Below, in pieces: positions 23,666 to 35,892 of a stretch of 64,000 nucleotides of DNA (position 1 is its first letter; each line of letters starts with the position of its first letter). Made by a program: the position numbers and the translations under genes. The notes beneath the pieces were generated by a model that had not been told where the DNA came from, made no database searches, and worked only from the letters and a program-made list of their open reading frames with translations. Source of the DNA: Octopus sinensis (Eukaryota); assembly GCF_006345805.1 (NCBI RefSeq), contig NC_043006.1:102362001-102426000 (forward strand). The letters run 5' to 3'.

Positions 23666-24541
23666 GGTGATCTAGTTTACCACAGTCCAATGACTGAGTA
23701 AGTAAAAGATATACATATGGTGTATCTATACATAGGTGTGTGTGTGTGTGTATCTATACATACATGCATAGCTGTGTGTATATATGAGTATAGGAGCATT
23801 GGTCTATATCTCTATGTACAATTAACTAGTATTAAACAAGGGAAAGCTAACTTTATTTTTTACCTAAATCTCATACACACACAATTAACTTTTTCTTACC
23901 CTACTGTCCCCTTAATTAAACTACCATCATCATCCTTTCTCCGTTGACATTGGTAATGTTATAGTTTTTCTAATTGGTGGTGTTGTAGTTGTTATCAGGT
24001 TCTCACTTTCACCTTTCCTGGCACTCCCCCACCTTCACTCATTCGTGACTCCTTTATCACAATTACAACTACTATAACCTCCATCTCCACCACAAAAATC
24101 GTCATCATCTTTGTGATTGTCCTAATATATATGTATATATATATATATATATATAATATATATATATATATTATTTGTGTTTTTTCTCCACAACAATTAT
24201 CATTTCTTTATTTACTACAGAGAAGCAGAGACAGAAATAAAATGATGGATATCATTATTATTATTATTATTGGTATGCAACAAAGACAGATCACAGTGCA
24301 AATCAATAAACTCACACAACATTTTATATATATAGTTCAATTAAGCATGCTAATTTGTACAGCTTTATAGAATGTAAGGTTTCTTGTCTCTTCTCCTCTA
24401 TCTTCTCAATTGAGAAACATCTGGAACACAATATCACAATTCATATACATCACTGCCCTACTCATGTTTCCCCACTTTCTTCATATGTATATTTAACTAC
24501 ATCCTTTCATTTGGACATATTTCTCCCTTATTCTTTCACAA

Positions 24542-24580
<39 letters not shown>

Positions 24581-24590
24581 AATATATATA

Positions 24591-24638
<48 letters not shown>

Positions 24639-24938
24639 GTATGTATATATATATATGTATGTATGTATGTATGCATGCATGTATATACAGGACCCTTTTT
24701 TCAAAAACGACCCACCCTTCCTTCCAGCCAAGGAACAGCCCAGAGCAGGCCCATCATTCTACAAACAACCATGTCTGTAGTCTGCCAAGTTTTGGTAACA
24801 TAGTAGGCAGCACATCAATCAGTTTCACATCAGCCATGTTTGTGTCTTTTTTAATTCCTCCATCTAAATTACCATGGAAATATACTTAAGCTGGCTTATA
24901 TATCTACACACACATTTAAAGAAAAACAGGGGTTATAT

Positions 24939-24990
<52 letters not shown>

Positions 24991-25367
24991 TATAAGGAGC
25001 AGCTTTTCTTCTGAACATGTTATATTGAAGACATGACTGTGTTCTTTCATTTTTTAAAAACATTTTCCCAATATCCTCCTTATTTCTTTATACTTTGTTT
25101 AAAAAACACATTTCCTTTCGTCCATGAACATTTCAAGACCTTCTCTGCCTGTTCATCTAACTGAAATAATGATCTGGGCACACTGTTGCTGTGTTTTGTA
25201 GTAGGCAGCAAAGGATCATGGGAATAAAGTTGTAACTGATAAAATCATCATCATTAACAGTTTTAAATTATGTAAGAGTTTACTCCTGGTTACTTTCATA
25301 GTTTATTTCATGTGTGCTGCATTCATCTGTTGATGAAACACAAATATAATCATGTCTTCAATGTGTG

Positions 25368-25413
25368 TGTGTGTACATATATATATATATATATATATAC
25401 ATATATATAATAA

Positions 25414-25499
<86 letters not shown>

Positions 25500-25530
25500 T
25501 ATATAATATATATACATATACATATATATA

Positions 25531-25569
<39 letters not shown>

Positions 25570-25575
25570 TATATG
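25368..25575. repeat. Long interrupted (TA)n microsatellite
   Basis: About 200 bp of TA with CA/AA interruptions. Source of several spurious YI-repeat ORFs. Confidence 0.95.
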
Positions 25576-25664
25576 ATGGCTAGTCCACTTGACTTCAAGA
25601 TTAATCACTCAGAGTGGAAACAACACTCTGTGACCATAAGTGACTGGCCAAGCTAGCTTGGATC

Positions 25665-25711
<47 letters not shown>

Positions 25712-25761
25712 TATGTATGTGTGTGTGTGTATATATGTATGGAACTATATATATGCACATG

Positions 25762-25800
<39 letters not shown>

Positions 25801-26335
25801 ATGTATGTATATACAGATACATACACACATATGTGTATATAATATATGAGTGTGTGTATGAATAAATTTGTTTATCCTTTTTATGTTGTTGTTATTGTTA
25901 TAACAATTACCATTATTGTTGTTATTATTTTGGAAAGTGGGGCATGATGTTGAAGTTGTACAATTTATACCCAGTTGAATCCTGTTCCACTTTGCTAATG
26001 CTCTTGAGAAAGGCATGAACTTCAAAACTTCTCATTTCCACCCTCCTCTTTATAACTCTGAGGCATCATGCCTATGCAAAAAAAAAAAACACAAAATGAA
26101 CAATCATTATTATCATTATTATTACTATTAATATTATTTTGAGAATTTTCTCTCGTTTCTTCTTTTAGAATGAGTATGTTTGTTAAGTACGTAGGTGAAA
26201 GCATGTACGGATGTGTGTGAGTGTGTGAGTTTGTGTGCCAGTCTGTGTGTTCAAGTGAGGGGAACCAAATTACTGTATATTCAACAGACATTATTACAGA
26301 ACAAGTGAAGTTCTTGAATTTTTTATTTACATACA

Positions 26336-26372
<37 letters not shown>

Positions 26373-27753
26373 ATATATGTATGTATATATATATGTATAT
26401 ATATGTTGGTTTCTTTTGGGTTTTCTTTATTCTGGAATACATGTTGATTGTTGGATGATAACATTAATGATTATAATAAATAAATTTTAAAAAAACTATC
26501 CCCCACCAAAAATTACATTTTTTTCTTTCATTTGTTTTACATTTTTAAAAATTTTAATTTGATCTTTCTGAAAAACATTTTTGATCCAATTTCAGCTCTT
26601 AATATCCATAGAAAGAAGTTGGATATTTGCATTATAAATTATGGTGTGAATTGTTTCTTTTACAGGTAAGCACCATTCTTAATGAATTCATTTGGTATAT
26701 TCCACGTCTCTTCTTAAAAAATGTTTTTACAGCTACAATATACAGTTACTTTGAAACTCTAAATGGCATGAAAGAGAGTGAGAAGTGAGAGATGTAATTG
26801 TCCAGGTGGGGCAATATACATTCAAAAATCCTGAGGTAATAACTTCTCACAGTATCACGAAGAAATAACTGCGAAGAAGAAAGGACGGTTAACTGGAGTT
26901 ACCTACCCACTCTTGGTACATTTTAGTCTTCATTTTATTTATCCCGAGAGGATGACAGATAAAGCTCACCTCAGGAAGAGTTGAGCTTAGAAGATCAAAA
27001 CTAATTTAGGTAAGTTAGGTGCTCTGGTTCTATCACCTCAGAACAAGACCATGTATTAAGGGATGCGGTTATAATTTAGGATTTTTTATGAGTGTACATA
27101 AAGCAAATTGGCTTCAAGTAGAAAGTGAATCTTACCTTATGATTTTTGCTGGTTAAAAGCTTGCTTCTTTGTTTTATGATATTCAGAATATGAATATACT
27201 TTCACAAGTCACTCACCTGTGATATACTTATAGTCCTGCCATCAGCTAAGAAGATTGAGTCAAATAAAAATGATACAACACAAAGACTATGGCAATGCGT
27301 GAATACATGACAGTATAACAATAAATACAAAGTTTTATGTTGTTTCTCAACTAAGTAAAAATAGCAGCTAAGAAAGAAGCATTGGATAATGTAGTGTTGG
27401 GTACACTTTTTCTTACAAAAAATACTGGATAATCATGGCCAGGATGACTTTTCTTAATATTTTTTATGGCTTAGAGATGGCAGGGCACTGTTAAGGCTCA
27501 CAAGAAAGAGATGGTGGTGTTAAAGCAAGCAACAGATTAGGTTTCCCAATCAGGAACAACCTTGGAGATGAACTTAACCATAATTGATAGATGTAATCTG
27601 TCAGTCAAATTAGCACTATCCCCAGACATCTTGGATGCTTTTAGGGAAATTCCCTCTGTTGCAAGTATCCAAGCGAGGTTTTTAGTTTGAGGATACCTCC
27701 TTCCACAAATCTCAGAGACTCCGTAATAAGTAATGGACACTGTCCTCTCTTGA

Positions 27754-28092
27754 CATCATTTAACATCAGTTTTCCATGCTGGCATCAGTTAGTTTGACTG
27801 GAACTGGTAAGCCAGAGAGCTCTACCAGGCTCCAGTCTGGGTTGGCCTTGTTCTTACAGCTGGATACCCTTCCTAACACCAAACATTCCAAGAGTGTAGT
27901 GGGTGCCTTTTACATGTCACCAGCATTGGTCATGACTATGATTTCACTTCGTCTGACGTCTTCTCAAGCACAGCAAATCACCAGAGGTCTCAATCACTTG
28001 CCATTGCCTCCGTGAGACTCAACATCCAAAGATCATACTTCACCACCTCATCCCATGTCTTCCTGGGCCTACCTCTTCCACAGGTTCCCTCC
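27754..28092 (-). mobile_element. 5'-truncated RTE LINE: ORF2 end plus 3' UTR
   Basis: Minus strand EGTCGRGRPRKTWDEVVKYDLWMLSLTEAMASD..AVLEKT is continuous with the (GAT)n-family 3' UTR. Confidence 0.85.
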
Positions 28093-28929
28093 TGAGAAAA
28101 AAAGAAAAAACTTTCTCAAAGTAACATAGTAGCTATATTTCCTTTCTACAAAAGATATGTTTACCATGTAAAAGAATTGCAAATCTCTCAGTTGACAAAC
28201 ACGTTTGGAACAGGTGCAAGAACCTTCAAAATGAAGTCAACTACAATAGGTTAATCCAAAGAGGACACAGGAGCAAGCATCTCTGAGTGATTAAGATGTT
28301 CACTTTGCAACAACATTGTTTTCAAATTCTGCCCAAGGCACAACGCTTTGGACAAGTGTTGTGTACTATAGTTTGGGGTTGATCAGTTAAATTTACTAGA
28401 TGGAAACTATAATGAAGCCCATGAAAGAGACCATTTCTATTCTTGGTTGGTTGCTCAAAAGGAATGTCTTGATCAGTAATTGCTTTAGAAATTGAAAGTT
28501 CATTAAATTATTAACTTCAACATTTTTGATGCCAACTTAGATGAAACCACCTCTCATCCATTTTAAAATATTTGTTTTAGTTTTGCATGAGTTAAATAAA
28601 TATATTATTGCTGCATTGTTTTCCAGCCAGTTGTCCTTCCTGTTGCTAACCCTTGTTTTCAAGAGATCTCTTGTTTCACACATCTTCGAGAGTGTAAGGA
28701 GAGTGAGCAGTTTGTTGACAAGAGAAACAATGACAACAACACTATTCACAGTGAGCAACGTTTGTGGATTACAAACATGAAAAAAAAGCACACATATCTA
28801 TATACAGATGTGTGTACACACATATCTATACACAGATGTGTGTACACACATATTTATAGATTAAAACCATTCATGATAATTTTATATGAGAACTTTTTGT
28901 TACATTAGTTTTCAAATACCTATTTATTA

Positions 28930-30880
28930 ATGGAGATTTTATTTTATTGGATCCCTTCAGATTCTTGATTGTTTTCAATAGACACAGCCAAGGAAGAGTT
29001 AACCAATATTACTGAATCTAGGACTGCTTTGTTCAATTTACACCAAACATTGATGAAGCCATTCAGAAACCACTTGTGTTTTACATCCAGAAAAGTTTGG
29101 ATTACTGAATTAAGGCAATGCATTTTGCATTCTCAGCAGTCACTTTTTAAGGTAAAATAAAATTTAAAATGATGTTTTCACTGAAGCTTGTAAAAATGTA
29201 GAAAATTTGTTTGCTAAACAAAGAAAGCAATTTACTGATAGAAATTTTATAAAAGAATATTTGATGGGAGCAGAGCAATAAATGAATCCAGTAAAGTCTG
29301 GATGCAAAAATTATTAGAATTCTAAATATGAGAGGTAATATAGTTTTTGAAGTGACTGACATAGGTAAAAGTTTTCATTGGCGTTCCTCTCATCCTGATG
29401 TGTCAACCAATGTTTCTGAGACACTGCAGCTCCTACTTTTCATTTGTTGCACCAATTTTGAATTGAATGTAACACAAAAATTAATACATGTACTTAGTAT
29501 GAACAGAACAACTATTAGAGAAATAGCTTCAAAGAAATACAAAAGATTACCAGATTAAACTGAATGGAAAGTTTTGGAGTGTAGCAGTCAATGGAGAAAG
29601 AAATATGGGTGGGATAAGTAAAAGGTTGAAAGGACAAATTACAAAACTTGGATGTTTATAGCTTATGGTTCTTCATTGTATTATGAACAAGCATTGTGCA
29701 GTGAATATCTCAGCTGAGTTTCATTTGGTTTCCTGGACTTGCTTGTCGACAGCTTTGTGGTTTTCTGCAGGATTTCCATCTTGAGTTTTATGATTTGCAT
29801 TGCATAGTTGTGTGATGGTGCTATAAAATAAAAATTATTCTAGAAATGTTTAGAAGAATTGATTAAAACCACTATTGTCAGATCATGATTAGCTGTTAAT
29901 ACTACAATTTTTATGGATTTGTTAGGCTGTGTAAATCAATGATCTATTTACATTTTCATAACATTCAGGGTAAAACTTTTGCTACTTAAAATCCAAGTGA
30001 AATTTGGCCAATTTCCTGTTATGGGAAACTTTAAGAAAATGGAACAAATTTTACTTCATTTTCAAAAGAAATCATTTTTAAATTACAAAATGTTTAAATC
30101 CTGCTTTCTCATTCTTGAAGCAAAAGTGAAAGAAATTGGTTTATTCCAGAATCAATTTAAATTCAACATTGAAGAATTCCCCAAGGAGTTACAAATGGAA
30201 ATGATAGACATCTAATCAAACGATACTGAAAGACAAAGAAGAAAATTTAATCAACTTTTGTAAGATTTTGCCAAATGAAGGGTTTCTCATTATAAGAACT
30301 TTTCCTGTATTTTCATATCAGTTTTTGGTAGCTTGTACTCATGTGAGGCAACTTTTCCAGAAATGACACATGTCAAATCATACTACAGAACAAATTTCTC
30401 TGATGACCATTTATAGTTAATTTAATAATTGCATCTGTGCAACTGAAACCTGAAATTAATGACATTTTGTAATTAACAATCAGTTTCATAATTCCCATTA
30501 ATTATGATTTGCATTTTCATTTCATCTTTCAGAAATATATTGAAAACACTATTTTTATAAACAGTATAAAAATAAATAATTTTTATAGAAATGGTTTAGT
30601 TAATTATAGAAATTTTCATATTTAAACTCTAATTGTTTAAAAGAGTAAAAAACAAAATTAATATTTCTATTCATATAATTTGAATCATAAGTGATTAAAT
30701 AAATGGAAATAATTAACATTTGATTTGCAGTATATTTGTATTTTCAAAATTAAGTGATGCTATTTTTACAGGAATTGGTGCATACGTACCTTATTCTGTA
30801 CCCAGTAAATTGAACTTTTTTATTCACCTAACTGTAAAATATACAATATAGCCTCTGTGTTGAAAAGTTCAAAGGCCTTT
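28930..30880 (+). mobile_element. Decayed hAT transposon (SPIN/GTF2IRD2-like transposase)
   Basis: KQRKQFTDRNFIKEYL (cf. KPFTDGEFIKEC); GLFQNQFKFNIEEFPKELQMEMID; ISVFGSLYSCEATFPEM..VKS.YRTNFSDDHL (hAT dimerisation domain, FGSTYLCEQxFS). Many stops. Confidence 0.75.
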
Positions 30881-30965
30881 TTCTTAGAGATTTGTGTGTG
30901 TGTGTGTGTATGTATACATATATGTATGTATATAATATATATATATATATATATATATGCTGCTG

Positions 30966-31301
30966 AGACCCCTTCGGTCATGACTGACCATGGGATTGCA
31001 CCTAGAAAGTTACCCTCCCAGGCACAAGTCTGGGCAAGATTGTTTATGGAAGCCCAACAGTCGCCCATGCATACTGGCCTCCCCTCTCCATGCCACCAGT
31101 GTTATCTAAGGGAAAGGCAAAGGGGCAGATACAGCTTGGCACCTGTGACGTCACAACTCATTTCTACAGCTGAGTGAACTGGAGCAACGTGAAATAAAGT
31201 GTCTTGCTCAAGAACACAACATGCAGCCCGGTCTGGGATTCGAACTCACAACTTCACGATCGTAAGCTGAACGCTCTAACCACTGAACCATGCAGCTTCA
31301 C
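30966..31301 (-). mobile_element. tRNA-like SINE family D
   Basis: Minus-strand head tggttcagtggttagagcg...gagttcgaatccc (A and B boxes), then ttgtgttcttgagcaagacact core. Second copy at 53867. Confidence 0.85.
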
Positions 31302-31340
31302 TATATATATATTCAAATATAAATTAGAAGCCACTCGAGC

Positions 31341-31739
31341 TATATAAACAAAATCGAACACACATATATAAGGTATGTGTGTTGTTAGTTTGTGGGCCGG
31401 CTGCAGTTTTTAGGTGTAAGATAATATATTCTCTATGCACCAGGTGTAAAAAATGGCACTTAAACCATTCAAGATATAGTCATTGTTGGCGATAAAGCTT
31501 GCAGCGGGCCTTGTTTGGTATGCAGCATTGATAAGTTAAAAAAGTGACAAAACATCGACGTCTGTCACTCAAAGGAGGGACCTATGTGAGTTGTTTCACT
31601 TGACTATAACTTACTTTCAGGTGATTATTTTTAGACCAGGCACATAGAGAATATATTCTCTTATGTCTAAAAACTGCAGCCAACCTACCAACTAACAACA
31701 CATATACCCTGTGTATGTGTGTTCAGTTTTGTTTATATA
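31341..31739. mobile_element. Non-autonomous foldback element with about 114-bp inverted arms and hammerhead-like relics inside
   Basis: 31341-31454 is the reverse complement of 31625-31739 (tatataaacaaaa..gaacacacata..gtgttgttagtt..gctgcagtttttag..aatatattctctatg). Confidence 0.8.
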
Positions 31740-31986
31740 AGAAATTAGAATGACAAAAGGATAAACGATTATGTTATGAGCTTTTTCTGTTATAAGATAC
31801 AATGCATTCATAGTTGAATGCTTGAGGGTCACTCTATGACTTCATCAGAGCTTCAAGCATTAAGTGCAGCTCTATTTGGGAAAACGCTTACATTTATATA
31901 TATATACAAAGAAAAATATAACTAGTGAAAAAGCATAAACATATGTAAGGGAATGAATTCAGGAGAAACCTGCACTTCATGTTTGA

Positions 31987-32069
31987 AGCTCTGATGAAGC
32001 TATAGGGTGATGCTCAAGCATTCACATATGAGTGCATTGCATCTTAAATAGCAGAAACAGATGTAAGCT
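31987..32069 (+). ncRNA. Type I hammerhead ribozyme candidate with a long structured stem II insert
   Basis: Stem I agct/agct; CTGATGA 31991-31997; stem II gctat/atagc (A.A at its base); GAAA 32054-32057; stem III ac/gt with loop agat; GTA 32063-32065. Inverted decayed copy at 31772-31856. Confidence 0.6.
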
Positions 32070-33233
32070 AATGAAATTCCTACCATAATTGCTTATTCCT
32101 TTGTTGTATTTTCTTATTTTTCACTAGTATGGAAATTTCACTATTTGTCATATTTAGAGTGAAGCTGCACTATAGAACAGGCAATGAAACTCTTACACTA
32201 GCAATTGAGCAGTTTCTTAAGAAAATGTATTTTTAAGATTTCTATTTTTCAGATATACTTATTTCCATTTCAGATAAATATTCATAATCAAGTGCACCAC
32301 GTATGCCCTGTAAAGTGATTGGCAAATGAGTAGAGACAATGTAGGGTCCAAGAAGAACACTTAAGTCTTGCTGAGCAGATTATAGAATCTCTCTAGTTCT
32401 AGTACCATGATAAAATGGACCGAAAACACTGCCAAATGGCTGGTGATACAAAGGACATGTGACTGTTGGAACAAAGCTAGGATTGAAATGTATGAGTGAA
32501 ACGTCACCTTTTCACCCATTTAGAAGGGTGGTTACTTCAAATAATGACTTGGTGTGTGATGACACATCAAACCCATGCTGTCAGGGAAAACAGACACAAA
32601 ACAATGATAATGGTGGTGTTTAAGTTACTTTGTTGGTTATTATAAAGTTTAGAATTATGTTTCCCAGAAAAACAAAGCTCCTGTTACGTTGCAAGTCATT
32701 ACTCTTTGCATTTAACATAATTGCACTAAACTCTTTTGTTTCTATTCATTTTATCATTTTTACTCTTTTTTTTTAAACATTTTATTTTTTTTTACCTTTT
32801 TGAAAAACCGTATGTTTTTAAGAATTAATGTCAGGACAATCTGTTGCGATTAAAGACAGAATGATGACTACAGTTTGAATATTGATGGAATGTTTGTTAA
32901 GTCTGCTGGCATTCCATTACTTCAAACAAAACTAATCAGGTTTGACCAGACAACAACGAGTATTCCTCTTATTATTGTTGTTTTTCTTTTTATGTATCAA
33001 TTCTAAAATTATACACTGAATATAATTCTTAAATAGTTTTCTGGTGTAAATCAATATCAAATCCTGATTGGAAAGTATTTTGCTGACGACTTTTTTTGCA
33101 TTTTTTTTTTTCAAATCAAACATTGGTTTTGTGGTTTAATTGCGGAACAAGTCTTGTCACTTGGGGAAAGACAAATTTTTATACACTTATAACGCATAGA
33201 AATCAGCCAAACATATTTTTACTAACATATTAA

Positions 33234-33667
33234 CCCTTTAGTATTCGGATTAATTTATCAAATGTCGCCAGCCTCGTCTGGCACCTGTGTCGGTGGCACA
33301 TAAAAAGCACCCACTACACTCACGGAGTGGTTGGCATTAGGAAGGGCATCCAGCTGTAGAAACACTGCCAGATCTGACTGGGCCTGGTCCAGCCTTCGGG
33401 CTTCCCAGACCCCAGTTCAACCGTCCAATCCATGCTAGCATGGAGAACGGACATTAAACGATGATGATGATGATGATGAAAGCTTATTTATCCACATTTC
33501 TGAAAATTAATCAAGCATTATCACAGAGCCTTGAAATTTTGATGATGTGATAGTTTATTTTTAGAATGACATTGTAGGGTAGGCATGAAAGGCTGGATCT
33601 GTACAGTTTCAACATAAAACTGGTAGAATATTTAAGACTGGATATGGCCAGTTTAAATGCTAAAGGG
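33234..33667. mobile_element. piggyBac-type MITE with a nested RTE tail (33266-33478, +)
   Basis: TTAA|CCCTTTAG ... CTAAAGGG|TTAA, giving a TTAA target duplication and CCC/GGG termini. Diverged uninterrupted copy at 56375-56597. Confidence 0.85.
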
Positions 33668-34200
33668 TTAATGCATGGAACTAACTAGAAATATAAGACA
33701 AGAAAAAATACACAATATTACTCAATGACAAATATTGTTTACACTTTTTTTATCAGAAAATATGGGAGACAACTCTTGATATGTTTACATCTTATTCACA
33801 CTTCATCAGTAAAGTACAGTTTTTTTTATACTTGCTTAAGTATATGCAAAGAAGAATTCTAAGTTATTAAAATTTTTAGTACTATTTTATTTCAACAATA
33901 TATGTAGATTTATACATAATTAATGTTTCATTCACAATTACTTCAGAATGGATAGAGAAAGATATGCTGTGCTAAGAAGGTTGGGTAAAGCTACAACATA
34001 TCTGGAATCATTCCTATACTTGCAAGAAAAATAAATGTTGCAAAACATATAGTAGTCACTGATAATATTTCTAGTAGTTAGCACTTTACTACTTCATGCA
34101 ATAAATATGTTGACACAAGCATACCAGTTGTTGTAGATGATATCTAAGGTATTTGTTCTTTAGAGCAGAGTCCTCATTCTTTTATTGCTCAACATCCTAT

Positions 34201-34726
34201 TTCTTGAGTAAAGATTGTTTGCCAACATAACATGGCAGTCCTGGTTTAGGATGAATGTTGCTGTAATTTAGCCCCAGGAGACGCCGTCTCCAGCTGGCTA
34301 TACAACACAATCTGTGTCCTTATATTTTCGAACAAGAGCATTTAGCACCCCAACACAGCTCAAAACAACATTCGTCCTAAACCAGGACTGCCGTGTTATG
34401 TTGACAAACAATCTTTACTCTAGAGTACTATTGCTGAATACCTCTCATTGAGAGGTTTACAAACAGTAATTTTCTATTTAATAGATCAGTGACTAGTTGT
34501 CACTTTAAAAACTATATATTTCAAACAAGAATTTGGCAGCGCCACCTCTAACTGAACAATTATTCTGTGCTGATGAAGAGAAATAACCCAGAAACTGCGA
34601 TACACAGATATTGTTTTGAGCTGAGTGGGAGGTGCTAAATGCCCTTGTTTGAAAATATAAGGACACAGATTGTGTTGTATAGCCAGCTGGAGACAATGTC
34701 TCCTGGGGCTAAATTACAGCAACATT
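34201..34726. mobile_element. Nested inverted-repeat element containing a hammerhead-like motif (34564-34608)
   Basis: 60-bp inverted arms at 34201-34260 and 34366-34425 (5 mismatches). 34254-34368 is re-copied inverted at 34611-34726. Motif tctgtg-CTGATGA...GAAAC..TA-cacaga. Confidence 0.75.
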
Positions 34727-34729
34727 TGT

Positions 34730-34850
34730 CCAGTCCCACTGCGTGGCACCTTGGGCAAGTGTCTTCTACTATAGCCTCGAGCCAACCAAAACCTTGTAAG
34801 TGGATTTGGTAGATGGAAACTGAAAGAAGCCCGTCATATATATGTATATG

Positions 34851-34898
<48 letters not shown>

Positions 34899-35122
34899 TG
34901 TGTGTGTCTGTGTATATGTTTGTGCGTCTGTGTTTGTCACCCAACATCACTTGACAACCGATGCTGGTGTGTTTACGTCCCAGTAACTTAGCGGTTCAGC
35001 AAAAAGAAACTGATAGAATAAGTACTAGGCTTACAAAGAATAAATCCTGGGGTTGATTTGCTCGACTAAAAGGTGGTGCTCCAGCATGGCCGCAGTAAAA
35101 CGACTGAAACAAGTAAAAGAGT
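34730..35122 (+). mobile_element. SINE family C (5'-clipped) with a long internal (TA)n
   Basis: cagtcccactgcgtggcaccttgggcaagtgtc...(TA)n...ggtggtgctccagcatggccgcag..actgaaacaagtaaaagag. Confidence 0.85.
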
Positions 35123-35602
35123 ATACTGGTTTCAACAATCTTAATTCAATGGTAAATAGAAAGTTTAAAAGAAGCAGAATGCACAGAAGAAAGTTCATGT
35201 GTATTCTGCTATAATCATACTCGAATCAAATGTTAAATAGGTTTCATAGCAAAATTACTTGGGGAAAATTCAAGAATTCAGTAAGTTTCACAGCGGTAGG
35301 AAATTACAAAAGTTCAAATATTCGGTAAATTTTATAGTAATAAATGATAGAAATTTGAAAGTTCAATGGGCTTCAATGCAATAAGTTATGTCAGCAATTA
35401 CATATTCTTTTATTCTTTTATTTGTTTCAGTCATTTGACTGTGGCCATGCTGGAGCACCACCTTTGATGAAAATTTTAAAAGATAAGAGAAAATGTTTAG
35501 AAGTTCTATTATGATGTCTGAAAGAAACTTTTCCACCATTTGCTTAAATCATGGAACTCCAACCATGTTTCAAGCTAATATTCTTTTGTATATATATACG
35601 TA

Positions 35603-35892
35603 GAGGCGCAATGGCCCAGCGGTTAGGGCAGCGGACTTGCGGTTTCGATTCCCAGACTGGCCGTTGTGAGTGTTTATTGAGCGAAAACACCTGAAAAGCT
35701 CCACGAGGCTCTGGCAGGGGGTGACGAACACTGCTGTACTCTTTCACCACTCTTTCTCTCACTCTTTCTTCAGTTGGCCTGCTCGCTTAGCCTGTGGGAT
35801 GGCGTCATTCGAAGGCTAAAACAATGCGAACGCATTGTGACCAGCGATGTGTAACTACATCTGATGGACTGGTCGGTCACATGATCACGTGA
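35603..35892 (+). mobile_element. tRNA-derived SINE family A, tail type 1
   Basis: gaggcgcaatggcccagcggttagggcagcggac...ggtttcgattccc head. The body is shared with 54336-54723; the 3' tail is shared with 14590-14730. Confidence 0.85.

Noticed and set aside
24688-24890. GC-richer island with open frames on both strands as a possible exon
   Set aside because: No convincing acceptor/donor pair and no recognisable protein in any frame.
25350-26025. Long ORFs rich in Y/I/C/V/H/T (also at 20811, 24590, 55731, 62320 and elsewhere)
   Set aside because: They are translations of (TA)n, (TG)n and (CA)n microsatellites, with no splice or homology support.
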